NCBI GenBank assembly: GCA_947259795.1
Contig: CAMYNJ010000083.1
Span: 1 to 63,783, forward strand
Direction: 5' to 3'
Origin: an uncultured Alphaproteobacteria bacterium
Lineage (GTDB): Bacteria; Pseudomonadota; Alphaproteobacteria; UBA8366; JADFVY01
Length of the DNA stretch: 63,783 nt
In this document: positions 9,731-20,777 of the stretch, piece after piece
Position numbering within the stretch: the first letter of the stretch is position 1
How the letters are laid out: every line of letters starts with the position of its first letter
Notes under the pieces: generated by a model
Told to the model about the DNA's origin: nothing
The model's input: only the letters and a program-made list of their open reading frames with translations
Databases searched by the model: none
Program-made: the position numbers and the translations under genes

Positions 9731-10507
9731 ATGACCACAGTGCAGCGGGCAGGGCGAATGTTCCTGGCGATCCTGGCGCTTGGGTTGCTGGCCGGTTGCA
9801 CCGCGAGTGGCGCGGCACGCATCGAGCCACCGCCGCCGCCGCCGCCGCCCGCAGCGTTCGGTCCGGCGATTGCGAACAAGGCCTTCCACGAGGCGATGTC
9901 GCTGGCGCGGGAAGGACGCATGGCCGCGGCGGCTCCGCACTACAGGCAGGCGGCCGAAAACGATCATGCTGAGGCGCAGTACATTCTCGCCACCATGTAC
10001 AAGACCGGGCGCGGCATGCCCCGCGATGTCGATCAGGCGATGCGATGGTACCGTCGCTCGGCCGACGCGGGCTATCCGCTGGCGCAATTCACCTTGGGCA
10101 ATATTTTCATGAAGGGCGATGGCGTGCCCCGGAACGTTCCGATGGCCGTAACCCTTTACAGGCAGGCGGCCGAACAGGGCCACCCGCAGGCGCAATATAA
10201 TCTGGGCGTCTATCATTACAGCGCAGGCACGGCGGCGGAATACCGAAACGCAGAACAATGGTTCGTCCGCGCCGCGCGGCAGGGCGAGCCTTCATCCCAA
10301 TTTGCGCTGGGCCGGCTCTACGCCTTGCCCCATGACGGCGTTCGTCTCGACCGCGTGCGCGCCTATGCGTGGTACAGCCTGGCGGCCGAAAACGGCCATG
10401 CAGAGGCCCAGACGGCATTGCAGAGCCTGGAATCCCAGCTTAGCGCCGCCGAGCGCGCCGCCGCCCGCTCGCTGGCGCGGCGCCTTGCTGCCGAATCGTC
10501 GCAGTGA
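9731..10507 (+). CDS. Sel1-like repeat lipoprotein
   Basis: LAGC lipobox, Pro8 linker, repeated AQxxLGxxYxxGxG...AAEQG units. Confidence 0.85.
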   Translation: MTTVQRAGRMFLAILALGLLAGCTASGAARIEPPPPPPPPAAFGPAIANKAFHEAMSLAREGRMAAAAPHYRQAAENDHAEAQYILATMYKTGRGMPRDVDQAMRWYRRSADAGYPLAQFTLGNIFMKGDGVPRNVPMAVTLYRQAAEQGHPQAQYNLGVYHYSAGTAAEYRNAEQWFVRAARQGEPSSQFALGRLYALPHDGVRLDRVRAYAWYSLAAENGHAEAQTALQSLESQLSAAERAAARSLARRLAAESSQ

Positions 10508-10557
10508 CACGCGAATGTGACGACAAATCGCCCGTGAAACCCTATATATCCACCGGC

Positions 10558-12738
10558 ATGCTTAGCTTATCGAACATGATCGGCCGCCGGGCCACGGGTT
10601 TTGTGATCTTCGCGATACTGGCGGCGGCGTTCCTGGCGGCGCCTGCGCACGCGGAACCCTACGCCACCGACTGGGCGGGCAACAGTGACCAGACGCAACT
10701 GCGCCTGGTTTCCGCCGTGTCGGGAGCGGGCGACCTGGAAGAGTTGCGCCTCGGCCTGCAGTTCCGCATGCAGCCGGGATGGAAGGTCTACTGGCGCTCC
10801 GCCGGAACGACCGGCTATCCACCCGAGGTCGACTGGAGCCAGTCCGCGGGGATCGAAGACGTCGAATTCCTCTGGCCTGCCCCGTTCCGTTTCAAGATTT
10901 TCGGCATCGAGGCGGTAGGTTATAAGGAAGAGGTCGTCTTTCCGTTGAATGCCCGTTTGGCCCAAAGCGGCGAAGCGGTCAGCGTGCGCGCTGAGGTAAC
11001 GTATCTCACTTGCAAGGACATATGTATTCCGGGCGAAGCGATTCTTGCGCTGGATATCCCCGCCGGGCCGGCCGATGCGACGCCTTTCGCCGCGTTGATC
11101 GACCGATACCGGGCCAGCGTTCCGGTATCGGCCGAGCCGGTCGGCGTTTCCGTGGAGCAGGCCGTCTTCAAGGCTGTCGAGGACGCAGTGAGCCTGCGTG
11201 TGGCGATAAAGTCCGATCGCCCGCTTTTTGGGCCTGACCTGTTCGCCGAAGGCCCGCCGATCGCCTTTTTCGAAGATCCGCAAGTCCGGCTTTCCAGGGA
11301 CGGCCGGTACGCGGTGATTACCCTGCTGGGTATTGGTGCAACGCCCGATGAAGTGGCCGCCAGCCCCATGCTCGGCACCCTGGTCACGCCCGACCTGGCC
11401 GTGGAACAGTCAATCGGTCCCGAACTCGTAGACCGATTTCCGCCCCTGCCACCGGAATTCGAAGAAGCGCTGAACCCGTCGATCGGGTCGCTCTGGGCGA
11501 TCCTGGGGCTGGCGCTGCTCGGCGGGTTGATCCTCAACCTGATGCCTTGCGTGCTGCCGGTGCTGTCGCTCAAACTGCTCAGCGTGCTGGGCCATGGCGG
11601 GCGCGAGAACACCGGCGTGCGGTTAGGTTTCCTGGCCTCGGTCGCCGGCATCGTCACCAGCTTCATGGTGCTCGCCGCCGCGCTGGCCGGCCTGAAGGCC
11701 GGCGGGGCCTCGATCGGCTGGGGAATCCAGTTCCAGCAGCCGGTTTTCCTGGCCATCATGGTCGTGGTGGTGACGCTTTTCGCCTGCAATCTGTTCGGCC
11801 TGTTCGAGATCACCCTGCCCTCCCGTCTCAACAACCTGATGGCGCTCGACACGGGGCCGAAGCATGACCATCATCATTCGCTGGGCGGGCATTTCCTGAC
11901 AGGGATATTCGCGACGCTGCTGGCTACGCCCTGCTCGGCCCCCTTCCTGGGTACGGCGGTGGGATTCGCCTTCGCCCGCGGAACGGCAGAGATTTTCATG
12001 GTGTTCGGCGCGCTGGGGCTGGGCCTCTCGCTGCCCTATCTACTGGTCGCCGCCTTCCCCGGCATAGCCACCAGGTTGCCGCGGCCGGGCAAATGGATGG
12101 TCGGCATGAAGCGCTTCCTTGGCGTCCTGCTGGCCGCGACTGGACTGTGGCTTGTAACGGTAATTGCTGTTGAGGCCGGGGTCGAGACCGCGGCCGGCAT
12201 CGCCATTGCCGCGGTGCTGATCGGCGTGGTGCTGGCGCTTCGCCACATGGAAGGCTTGCGCCTGGGCCGCCATGCAGGCAAGGTCGCCGCGCTGCTGGCG
12301 GCGGTCATCATCGCAGCGCCCCTCTTGGCGCCGGGCGTGCCCGTTAACGACGCACAAACGCTCGACGACAGCGTCTGGCGGCCCTTCGACCAGGCAGAGA
12401 TCCGCCGCCTCGTCGCCGACGGCAATACGGTGCTGGTGGACGTGACCGCCGACTGGTGCCTGACCTGCCAGGTCAACAAGGCCGCCGTGCTGAACCGCAA
12501 CCCCGTGGCGGGCATTCTCGAGAGCGGCGAGGTCGTGGCGATGAAGGCCGACTGGACCCGGCCCAGCCAGGAGATCGCCGACTATCTTGCCAGTTACGGG
12601 CGTTACGGAATCCCCTTCAACGCGGTCTATGGCCCCGGGGCGCCCGACGGACTGGTGCTGTCCGAAATCCTCGTGACCGACAACATCCTGGCGGCGTTCG
12701 AGAAGGCGGGCGGCGCTACGGGGATGGCGGCGAAATAG
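10558..12738 (+). CDS. DsbD/ScsB-family protein-disulfide reductase
   Basis: GWKVYW and CKDIC N-domain, NLMPCVLPVL and ATPCSAP TM domain, ADWCLTC thioredoxin domain; start approximate. Confidence 0.92.
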   Translation: MLSLSNMIGRRATGFVIFAILAAAFLAAPAHAEPYATDWAGNSDQTQLRLVSAVSGAGDLEELRLGLQFRMQPGWKVYWRSAGTTGYPPEVDWSQSAGIEDVEFLWPAPFRFKIFGIEAVGYKEEVVFPLNARLAQSGEAVSVRAEVTYLTCKDICIPGEAILALDIPAGPADATPFAALIDRYRASVPVSAEPVGVSVEQAVFKAVEDAVSLRVAIKSDRPLFGPDLFAEGPPIAFFEDPQVRLSRDGRYAVITLLGIGATPDEVAASPMLGTLVTPDLAVEQSIGPELVDRFPPLPPEFEEALNPSIGSLWAILGLALLGGLILNLMPCVLPVLSLKLLSVLGHGGRENTGVRLGFLASVAGIVTSFMVLAAALAGLKAGGASIGWGIQFQQPVFLAIMVVVVTLFACNLFGLFEITLPSRLNNLMALDTGPKHDHHHSLGGHFLTGIFATLLATPCSAPFLGTAVGFAFARGTAEIFMVFGALGLGLSLPYLLVAAFPGIATRLPRPGKWMVGMKRFLGVLLAATGLWLVTVIAVEAGVETAAGIAIAAVLIGVVLALRHMEGLRLGRHAGKVAALLAAVIIAAPLLAPGVPVNDAQTLDDSVWRPFDQAEIRRLVADGNTVLVDVTADWCLTCQVNKAAVLNRNPVAGILESGEVVAMKADWTRPSQEIADYLASYGRYGIPFNAVYGPGAPDGLVLSEILVTDNILAAFEKAGGATGMAAK

Positions 12739-12837
12739 AAAGTCCGCGGGGCTGGACAAGGCGCACCGGCCGACTATTTTCAAACTGCGGAATTCTTCGC
12801 AGGGACAATCGAACATAATGCCGAAAGGGGGTTGGAC

Positions 12838-13320
12838 ATGACCATCAAGGCTGGCGACAGGATACCGGGCGCGACGCTGTACCGCATGGGCGCCAACGGG
12901 CCGGAGCCCGTGGAAACGGGTGACTATTTCAAGGGACGCAAGGTGGTGGTGTTCGGCCTGCCGGGCGCCTACACGCCGACCTGCTCGGCCCAGCATGTGC
13001 CGGGCTATCTGAAGCATGCCGATGACTTCGCGGCCAAGGGCGTCGATGCGATCGCCTGCGTCTCCGTGAACGACGCCTTCGTCATGGGGGCCTGGGGCAT
13101 GGACCAGGACGTCGGCGACAAGATCGACATGTTGGGCGACGGCAGCGCTGATTTCTCCAGGGCAGCCGGACTCGACCAGGATCTGAGCGGTCGGGGTTTT
13201 GGCATTCGCTCCAAGCGATACGCCATGATTGTCGACGACGGTGTCGTACAGAAGATTGCCGTGGAAGAAGGCGGCGGCCTCGACGTCTCGGCCGCAGAGA
13301 AGATACTGAAGGCCATCTAA
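12838..13320 (+). CDS. Peroxiredoxin (Prx5 type)
   Basis: PGAYTPTCSxxH, SVNDAFVM, RSKRYAM. Confidence 0.93.
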   Translation: MTIKAGDRIPGATLYRMGANGPEPVETGDYFKGRKVVVFGLPGAYTPTCSAQHVPGYLKHADDFAAKGVDAIACVSVNDAFVMGAWGMDQDVGDKIDMLGDGSADFSRAAGLDQDLSGRGFGIRSKRYAMIVDDGVVQKIAVEEGGGLDVSAAEKILKAI

Positions 13321-13341
13321 AGCAGGCCCGTTTGCTTTTTG
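13319..13341 (+). terminator. Probable intrinsic terminator after the peroxiredoxin gene
   Basis: AAGCAGGC-CC-GTTTGCTT stem (with G-U pairs) running into a T tract; a second GC hairpin lies at about 13352-13374 between the convergent genes. Confidence 0.5.
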
Positions 13342-13387
13342 GGATTGTTGGGGCGGCGGAGAAACCTGCCGCCCTTTCTCCTGCCTG

Positions 13388-14356
<969 letters not shown>

Positions 14357-14721
14357 TCAGCGGCCCGGAATGCCGCCCCGCGCCAGTTCGTCGGCGCGTT
14401 CGTTTTCCGGATGGCCAGCATGGCCCTTAACCCAGTGCCACCTGATATCGTGGTCCCGCAGGGCCGCCTCCAGCCGCTTCCAGAGGTCCTGGTTCTTGAC
14501 CGGCTTCTTCGCCGCCGTCTTCCAGCCGTTCGATTTCCAGCCGGCCAGCCATTTGGTGATGCCGTCGCGGACATAGGTGCTGTCGGTATAGAGATCGACC
14601 GGCACGGTGCGCTTCAGCGATTCCAGCGCCTTGATGGCCGCCATCATTTCCATCAGCCGCCGGGCCCGGGATTGCCGCTGCAGGCCCCGTCGGTGAAAAT
14701 CTGGACCCTTTCCTTTGCCAA
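14357..14721 (-). pseudogene. rnhA: Ribonuclease HI with internal deletion and frameshift (two fragments)
   Basis: TTG at 14721 encodes (M)[21 protein letters not shown] then TGA (14655-14653); a second frame resumes at ATG 14653 with [46 protein letters not shown]; the conserved WGA...TTNNR segment is absent. Confidence 0.88.
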
Positions 14722-14730
14722 CGCCCGCCC

Positions 14731-15693
14731 CTATTCCAGCCCATAGGCGCCGGGGCCGGCGACGGCCTGGTGGAACTGAAGGATGGCCAGATATTCCAGC
14801 GGATCCTTGCGTTTCACCAGCGCGCCGGCGGGCGTGTTCAGCCAATCGTAAAGGCGGGTCAGCAGGAACCTCAGCGCGCAGCCCCGCGCCAGCAGCGGCA
14901 GGGCCGCCAGTTCCGCGTCGGAAAAGGGGCGGATCTGCCGGTAGGCCGACAGCATGGCGCGAGCCTTGGTGATATTGAAGCTGCGGTCGCGCTCGAAGCA
15001 CCAGGCGTTAAGGCAGACCGCCAGATCATAGGCGAAGAAATCGTTGCAGGCGAAATAGAAATCGATCAGCCCCGAAAGCTTGTCGCCGACGAAAAACACA
15101 TTGTCGGGAAACAGGTCGGCATGGCAGATGCCCGAAGGCAGCTCGACCGGCCAATTAGTCTCAAGAAAATCCAGCTCTTCCCCCAGGACCGCCGCCAGGC
15201 CCTGCTGCACCTCGCCGGCTCGCGCCGCCGAAGCCGCGAGCAAGGGACGCCAGCTATCGACTGTCAGCGCGTTACGCCGGGATATGGCGAAGTCCTGGCC
15301 CGCCACATGCAGGCGCGCCAGCGCCGCGCCAACGCCAGCGCAATGTTCGGTGCGGATACGCCGGGGCCACATGCCGTCCAGGAAGGTCACGATGGCGGCC
15401 GGTCGGCCGCAAAGTCGCCTCAACGCCTGGCCGTCCCTGCCGTGGACCGGTGTCGGGCAGGGAATCCCCTTGCCGGCCAGATGCTCCATCAGACCCAGGA
15501 AGAAAGGAAGATCGGCCGCCGCCACGCGCTTCTCATACAGCGTCAGGATATAGCTGCCCACCGATGTATGGATCAGGTAGTTGGTATTCTCCACGCCTTC
15601 GGCGATGCCCTTGCAGGACAGAACGGTACCAAGATCGTATTCCGCGACAAAGGCTTCGAGTTCCTCGTCGCCGACTTCCGTATAAACCGCCAT
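14731..15693 (-). CDS. thrB: Homoserine kinase type II
   Basis: [43 protein letters not shown]; ispH-thrB-rnhA order. Confidence 0.95.
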   Translation of the reverse strand: MAVYTEVGDEELEAFVAEYDLGTVLSCKGIAEGVENTNYLIHTSVGSYILTLYEKRVAAADLPFFLGLMEHLAGKGIPCPTPVHGRDGQALRRLCGRPAAIVTFLDGMWPRRIRTEHCAGVGAALARLHVAGQDFAISRRNALTVDSWRPLLAASAARAGEVQQGLAAVLGEELDFLETNWPVELPSGICHADLFPDNVFFVGDKLSGLIDFYFACNDFFAYDLAVCLNAWCFERDRSFNITKARAMLSAYRQIRPFSDAELAALPLLARGCALRFLLTRLYDWLNTPAGALVKRKDPLEYLAILQFHQAVAGPGAYGLE

Positions 15694-15703
15694 CGCGTGC
15701 CCG

Positions 15704-16660
15704 TCAGGCACTCAATGCGCGCGGCAGATTGAAATGAACGGTTTCATCGCCGACGGAGACGGTTTCCAGCGTAACGTCATAGCGCTCACGGCAGGCGTCG
15801 ATCAGTTCCTGAACCAGGGTTTCGGGCGCCGACGCGCCGGCCGTGACGCCCAGGGTGGACACAGAGCCCAGCCGCGACCAGTCGAGGGCAGACGCGTTTT
15901 GCAGCAGGAAGGCGTTCCCGCAACCCATGCTCTCGGCGACCTCCACCAACCGCCGCGAATTCGAGGAGTTCGGCGACCCGACCACGATCAGTGCGTCGCA
16001 TTGCGGCGCCATCGATTTAACGGCGGCCTGGCGATTCGTGGTGGCGTAGCAGATATCCTCCTTACCGGGCCCATGAATTGCCGGGAAGCGCCGTCTCAGC
16101 GCAGCCACGATAGCCGCAGTATCGTCGACCGACAGCGTTGTCTGCGTGATGTAGGCCAGCGGCACGTCGGCCGCGAGGTCGATATCGTCCACGGATTCGA
16201 TATCCTCGACCAGGATGATCGCTCCCTCGGGCAGCTGCCCCATGGTGCCGACGACTTCCGGATGGCCCACATGGCCGATCATGACAATCCGCCGGCCCGC
16301 TTGGTATTGATGTTCGGCTTCATGGTGGACCTTGCTGACCAGTGGGCAAGTGGCGTCGAGATAGATCATGTTGCGGCGCTCGGCCTCGGCCGGGACGCTC
16401 TTCGGCACGCCATGGGCGGAAAAAACCACCGGCCGGTCGTTCGGTACCTCGTCCAGCTCGTCCACGAAGACGGCGCCCTTGCCCTCCAGATCCTCCACCA
16501 CATGGCGGTTGTGAACGATCTCATGGCGGACATAAACCGGCGCCCCGTGTTTTTCCAGCGCCACTTCAACGATCTTGATGGCGCGATCCACGCCGGCGCA
16601 AAATCCACGCGGACTCGCCAACAGGATCGTAAGGGATTCGCGCTGGGTACTATCCGTCAT
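15704..16660 (-). CDS. ispH: 4-hydroxy-3-methylbut-2-enyl diphosphate reductase
   Basis: [41 protein letters not shown]. Confidence 0.97.
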   Translation of the reverse strand: MTDSTQRESLTILLASPRGFCAGVDRAIKIVEVALEKHGAPVYVRHEIVHNRHVVEDLEGKGAVFVDELDEVPNDRPVVFSAHGVPKSVPAEAERRNMIYLDATCPLVSKVHHEAEHQYQAGRRIVMIGHVGHPEVVGTMGQLPEGAIILVEDIESVDDIDLAADVPLAYITQTTLSVDDTAAIVAALRRRFPAIHGPGKEDICYATTNRQAAVKSMAPQCDALIVVGSPNSSNSRRLVEVAESMGCGNAFLLQNASALDWSRLGSVSTLGVTAGASAPETLVQELIDACRERYDVTLETVSVGDETVHFNLPRALSA

Positions 16661-16906
16661 CCGTGCCTCATTGCACTCGTAAATATTGGTGGCCGGCCGC
16701 CGTTGGCGGGCCTTGTGCAAGCCCAGGCGTCTCTTTAGTATCGCGGACGCCGGCCCGTCAATCATGCTTTTCCAGCAGTTCTGATCGGGCCGGCGCAGAC
16801 TATCACAGACCGACACTTGTTCGAAACCAAAGGCGCGCAGGAATGGCCAAGCAGGCATTGACCGGGAACAAGTCCCGCCGGATCGGGGCAGCAGGGGGGA
16901 AAATCA

Positions 16907-17467
16907 TTGTCTGAAACTGTTCGCTGGCTGTTGCGATGGGCTGTCGTCGTAGCTGCGGCAACTGTTCTGGCCGGTTGTTCCGGCGACGACGAGGACGATG
17001 CGCCGTGCCCCGCCGCCAAGGTGCTGGGCGAACCATCGGAGCTCACGCGTTTTCGCGACGGCCCCGGCCGCGATCCCACCGACGTCCTGTTCGAAGCCCG
17101 CATGATGCGGGTGATTGGCGACTGCGCCTACGATTCGGATGGCGGCGAAATCGAGGTCGAGCTTGAGGTTGTCATGGAAGTGGTTCGCGGACCCGCGCTT
17201 ACCGACGGCAAGGTGAATTACCGCTATTTCGTCGCGGTCGCCGAATGGCCGCCGCAGGGCGGCGAGGAACCCGCTATCCATAGCCGCGAAGCGTTCCCGG
17301 TGGAAACCAGGGTCCCGTCGGGCCGGCGGGGGCTGCGGTACCAGGACCTGCTGGAAATAACGATTCCGCGGCCGGACGACCGCAATGTGCAGAACTATGT
17401 ACTTTATCTGGGTTTCGAACTGACCAAGGAAGAGCTGTTCCATAACCGGGACAAGTTCGGCTATTGA
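16907..17467 (+). CDS. Hypothetical lipoprotein
   Basis: LAGC lipobox, two further Cys, GC-typical codons; divergent from ispH. Confidence 0.75.
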   Translation: MSETVRWLLRWAVVVAAATVLAGCSGDDEDDAPCPAAKVLGEPSELTRFRDGPGRDPTDVLFEARMMRVIGDCAYDSDGGEIEVELEVVMEVVRGPALTDGKVNYRYFVAVAEWPPQGGEEPAIHSREAFPVETRVPSGRRGLRYQDLLEITIPRPDDRNVQNYVLYLGFELTKEELFHNRDKFGY

Positions 17468-17475
17468 TCCCGGCA

Positions 17476-17503
17476 TTGACAAGCGCCATGCGCTGAATAA
17501 TCT
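17476..17503 (+). promoter_or_regulatory. Putative sigma70 promoter of gcvH
   Basis: TTGACA-N16-TAATCT about 30 nt before the ATG. Confidence 0.55.
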
Positions 17504-17532
17504 GGATTTCGCAATAAACGGGGGTTCACGTC

Positions 17533-17913
17533 ATGAGCAGCGATCTTCGATATTCCGAGGAACATGAATGGGTGTTGTTGGACGGCGATATCGCCACGGT
17601 CGGCATCAGCGATTTCGCCCAGCAGCAGTTGGGCGATGTGGTATTCGTCGAATTGCCGGATGTTGGCCGCGCGGTTGAGCGGGGCGCCGAGATCGCTGTC
17701 GTCGAATCGGTCAAGGCGGCCAGCGAAATCTATGCCCCATTGTCCGGTGAAGTGGTGGAAATCAACGATGCCCTCACCGACGAGCCGGCAAAGGTCAACG
17801 AGTCGCCCGAGGGAGACGGCTGGTTTTTCAAGATGCGCCTTACAAACGCGGCGGAAGTCGCCGAACTGATGGACGCCGCTGCCTACAAGACCTTTACCGA
17901 CGAACAGGGATAG
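17533..17913 (+). CDS. gcvH: Glycine cleavage system H protein
   Basis: YSEEHEW, [19 protein letters not shown], ESVKAASE lipoyl lysine. Confidence 0.96.
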   Translation: MSSDLRYSEEHEWVLLDGDIATVGISDFAQQQLGDVVFVELPDVGRAVERGAEIAVVESVKAASEIYAPLSGEVVEINDALTDEPAKVNESPEGDGWFFKMRLTNAAEVAELMDAAAYKTFTDEQG

Positions 17914-17946
17914 ATTTGCGCGCCCATACAGGCTGACAAAGCAAGG

Positions 17947-17976
17947 AAAAACCCCCGCTTTGCCGGCGGGGGTTTT
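17947..17976. terminator. Bidirectional intrinsic terminator between gcvH and the atp operon
   Basis: AAAAACCCCCGC-loop-GCGGGGGTTTT. Confidence 0.85.
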
Positions 17977-18010
17977 GCATTGGTTTCGGCCCGGACGCCG
18001 CCTCAGTGCC

Positions 18011-18505
18011 TCAATGCAGCTTGTTCGGAATATCCTTGATTGCATCGGCGACGGCCTGTTCGCCGGATTTGCCTGCCATCTTTTCCTCCAGCAGCCTTGC
18101 CGTGGCGTCAATCGCCATGTCGACGGCCTTTTCGCGGATTTCCTCCAGCGCGGCCGCTTCGGCCTGGGCGATCTTGTCGGCCGCCTGCCGTTCACGCCGC
18201 GCGACGGATGCCTCCAGTTCGGCCTCGGCCTGTGCCTTCGACCGCTCGGCTTCCTCGCGCGCATGAGCAATGATCTGTTCGGCTTCCTGGATGGCCTCGC
18301 GCTGGCGGCGCTGATAGCTGGCGAGCATTGCCTGGGCTTCTTCGCGCAGGCGCTGGGCTTCCTCGACTTCCCCGCGGATATTCGCAATTCGGCCATCCAG
18401 TGCCTGGGTAAGAACCCGCCTGCCCGGTTTGAAAACCGCGATAACGAAGATGGCGAAGGCTACGCCGACCCAGAATGTCGTGCTGTGAATCAGCGCTTCC
18501 ATCAT
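18011..18505 (-). CDS. atpF: ATP synthase Fo subunit b
   Basis: N-terminal TM (FWVGVAF), ALDxR followed by coiled coil; position in operon. Confidence 0.92.
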   Translation of the reverse strand: MMEALIHSTTFWVGVAFAIFVIAVFKPGRRVLTQALDGRIANIRGEVEEAQRLREEAQAMLASYQRRQREAIQEAEQIIAHAREEAERSKAQAEAELEASVARRERQAADKIAQAEAAALEEIREKAVDMAIDATARLLEEKMAGKSGEQAVADAIKDIPNKLH

Positions 18506-19095
18506 GCCTTCTCCTTCAGACTGGCGGCAACGGCAGCCTTGGCATCGGCGCCGGATACCTTCAGCCCCGCCAGCTTGGCGGCGACCTCCTGGACGACTTC
18601 GATGGCGACGTCCTGGAGATTGGCGAGCGCGGGCTCCTTGGCGGCGATAATGCGCGCCTCTGCCGCCTTGGTATCCTCCGCCAGTTTGGCGGCCAAGGCC
18701 GTACGGCGCGCGGTGGCGCTTTCAGCTATGCCCTCGGCGACTTCCCGGTGGATTGCCTTGGCCTGTTCGGCGGCGTCCGCGAGCGCTTTTTCGTAAGCCG
18801 CCATGGCGGCCTCGGCTTCTTCTCGATGGCCGGAAGCCTTGTCCAGATCGTCGTCGATTTTCCGGCTGCGGGTTTCCAGCGCCTCTTCGATCTTCGGCAG
18901 CGCATTGTTGCGCATGATAATGAAGAAGACGACGAGGGATACCGTCAGCCAGAACAGCTGCGTCGCAAATGTCGACGAATCGAACTGTGGCAGCGTGTCG
19001 CCGCCCTCCGCCGCCGCGAGGGCAAGGGAAGGCATCACCGCGGCGACCGCTGCGATACCGGCCAGTACGACGGATCTTGCCTGTGCGACCATCAT
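18502..19095 (-). CDS. atpG: ATP synthase Fo subunit b'
   Basis: LPQFDxSTFxTQLFWL motif followed by coiled coil; start 19095 or 19092. Confidence 0.9.
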   Translation of the reverse strand: MMVAQARSVVLAGIAAVAAVMPSLALAAAEGGDTLPQFDSSTFATQLFWLTVSLVVFFIIMRNNALPKIEEALETRSRKIDDDLDKASGHREEAEAAMAAYEKALADAAEQAKAIHREVAEGIAESATARRTALAAKLAEDTKAAEARIIAAKEPALANLQDVAIEVVQEVAAKLAGLKVSGADAKAAVAASLKEKA

Positions 19096-19159
19096 TTCGT
19101 TCCTGGATGTCCTGGTTCCCGGGAGCAGGCGTGCGACCCGCAGGCCGCTTCCCACAACC

Positions 19160-19384
19160 TCAGCCAAAGAGGACGAGGAACGAAATCAGCAGGGCATACA
19201 GCGCAACCGCCTCGACGAGTGCAAAGCCCAGCATGGCCATCGGAAAGATCTGCGGCCGGGTCGCCGGGTTGCGGGCGATCGAGCCGATCAACGACGAAAA
19301 GATGTTACCGATACCGACGCCCACGCCGGACAGTCCGATCACGGCAAGGCCTGCGCCGATCATCTTCGCGGCTTCAAGTTCCAT
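19160..19384 (-). CDS. atpE: ATP synthase Fo subunit c
   Basis: IGAGLA, GVGVGIG, ARNP, FALVEA. Confidence 0.97.
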   Translation of the reverse strand: MELEAAKMIGAGLAVIGLSGVGVGIGNIFSSLIGSIARNPATRPQIFPMAMLGFALVEAVALYALLISFLVLFG

Positions 19385-19452
19385 TGTCTTGTTTCCCGTT
19401 TATTGGTCCAGATAATTGATGCGATGTACGAAAGCGACTTCCGCGTTTCGTA

Positions 19453-20190
19453 CTAGTGGAGATGCAGCGCGTCGTTAAGGTACAGGCAGGTCAACACGGT
19501 GAAGACGTAAGCCTGCAGGAAAGCGACGAGCAGTTCGAAACCGGTCAGCGCAACATCCATCGCGATCGGCGCCAGACCGCCGATCCCAAAGGTGGCGGCG
19601 CCCAGCGGCACTACGAAACCGGCAAAAACCTTCATCATCGTATGGCCGGCCATCATATTCGCAAACAGGCGAATCGACAGGCTGACCGGACGCGACAGGT
19701 AGGAGATGATCTCGATCGGGATCATCAGCGGCATCATCAGCGCCGGCACGCCCGAGGGCACGAAGAAGCTGAAGAAATGCAGCCCGTGCTTGACGATACC
19801 GACGATGGTGACCGCCACAAACACCGTCAGAGCCAATCCCAGGGTCACGATGATGTGGCTGGTATAGGTGAAAGCGCCCGGGATCAGGCCAAGCAGGTTC
19901 CCGAACAGAATGAACATGAAAAGCGTGAATATATATGGAAATAAGCGCCGCCCCGCGTCGCCGACATTGACCCGTACCATATTCGCAATGAACTCGTAGG
20001 CCATTTCCGTCATGACCTGCCAGCGGCCAGGAACCAGCGCGCGGCGCCGCGCGCCCAATGCGAGGAATACCGAGGCTACGGCAACGGAAATAGTCATCCA
20101 GAATGCAGAATTTGTATAGGAAAGATCCACGCCGCCGATATGGATCGGGATTATCGTGTGGATCTCGAACTGTTCAATCGGGCTTGCCAC
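19453..20190 (-). CDS. atpB: ATP synthase Fo subunit a
   Basis: VPGRWQ, SLSIRLFANMMAGH, LQAYVFTVLT. Confidence 0.97.
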   Translation of the reverse strand: MASPIEQFEIHTIIPIHIGGVDLSYTNSAFWMTISVAVASVFLALGARRRALVPGRWQVMTEMAYEFIANMVRVNVGDAGRRLFPYIFTLFMFILFGNLLGLIPGAFTYTSHIIVTLGLALTVFVAVTIVGIVKHGLHFFSFFVPSGVPALMMPLMIPIEIISYLSRPVSLSIRLFANMMAGHTMMKVFAGFVVPLGAATFGIGGLAPIAMDVALTGFELLVAFLQAYVFTVLTCLYLNDALHLH

Positions 20191-20202
20191 GTTTGACCTC
20201 GC

Positions 20203-20628
20203 CTACCTCTCGCCATCCGTATTCCCCGAATTCCCTTCGGAATTCGTACCGGTATTCGCGCCCTGCGCCGGCTCTTCCTGCCCGTCCCCGTCATCCTCCG
20301 GCTTCTTGTAACCGACGGCGAGACCATAGCCCATGGCGGCGCGCCAGACATTCAGAATCGCCGCCGCCGAGCCCAGCAGGAAGAACACCACCAGGAACCA
20401 GGGCTTTGTCCCAAGCCACCAGTCCAGCCCGAGGCCGATGCCGACTCCCACCACCAGGGCGGCTACCATTTCCACCCCGATCCGGAAGGCCCAGCCCAAA
20501 CCGCTCATCCCCGGCGGTCCGCCGGAAAGAGTCTTGTTTGTCTGGCGATCGGCCCCTCGGTGCTCCCGCGCCGCGCGAAGCCGTTCTCCCAGATTATCGA
20601 AGGAGGGCGGTCTCTTGTCTTCGCCCAT
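20203..20628 (-). CDS. atpI: ATP synthase protein I (AtpZ/AtpI)
   Basis: Two TM helices around LDWWLGTKPW; first gene of the Fo operon. Confidence 0.88.
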   Translation of the reverse strand: MGEDKRPPSFDNLGERLRAAREHRGADRQTNKTLSGGPPGMSGLGWAFRIGVEMVAALVVGVGIGLGLDWWLGTKPWFLVVFFLLGSAAAILNVWRAAMGYGLAVGYKKPEDDGDGQEEPAQGANTGTNSEGNSGNTDGER

Positions 20629-20672
20629 CTCGGCCCCCTGGAATTATCGACGCCACGCCGCAAAGCGCGGGC

Positions 20673-20701
20673 ACCATACTTATGCGAAAAATCCAAGTCA
20701 A
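20673..20701 (-). promoter_or_regulatory. Sigma70 promoter of the atp Fo operon
   Basis: Minus strand TTGACT-N17-TATGGT. Confidence 0.7.
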
Positions 20702-20777
20702 GGTGGAATACCGCGTTGCGGCAACCTGTCCAAAAAGCGCAGAAAATATGGAGTTCCAGCAGGTCTGCGAGGCGGTC

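Noticed and set aside
9827-9850. (CCG)n microsatellite
   Set aside because: Encodes an ordinary Pro8 linker after a lipobox; triplet slippage would not shift the frame
14653-14655. TGA in rnhA as Trp/Sec recoding or a programmed frameshift
   Set aside because: Read-through meets another TGA three codons later, about 25 conserved residues would still be missing, and TGA is a normal stop elsewhere in the window
14357-15001. 214-aa ORF as an N-terminally extended RNase H
   Set aside because: The N-terminal half overlaps thrB in another frame and lacks the FTDG motif, which lies in a different frame
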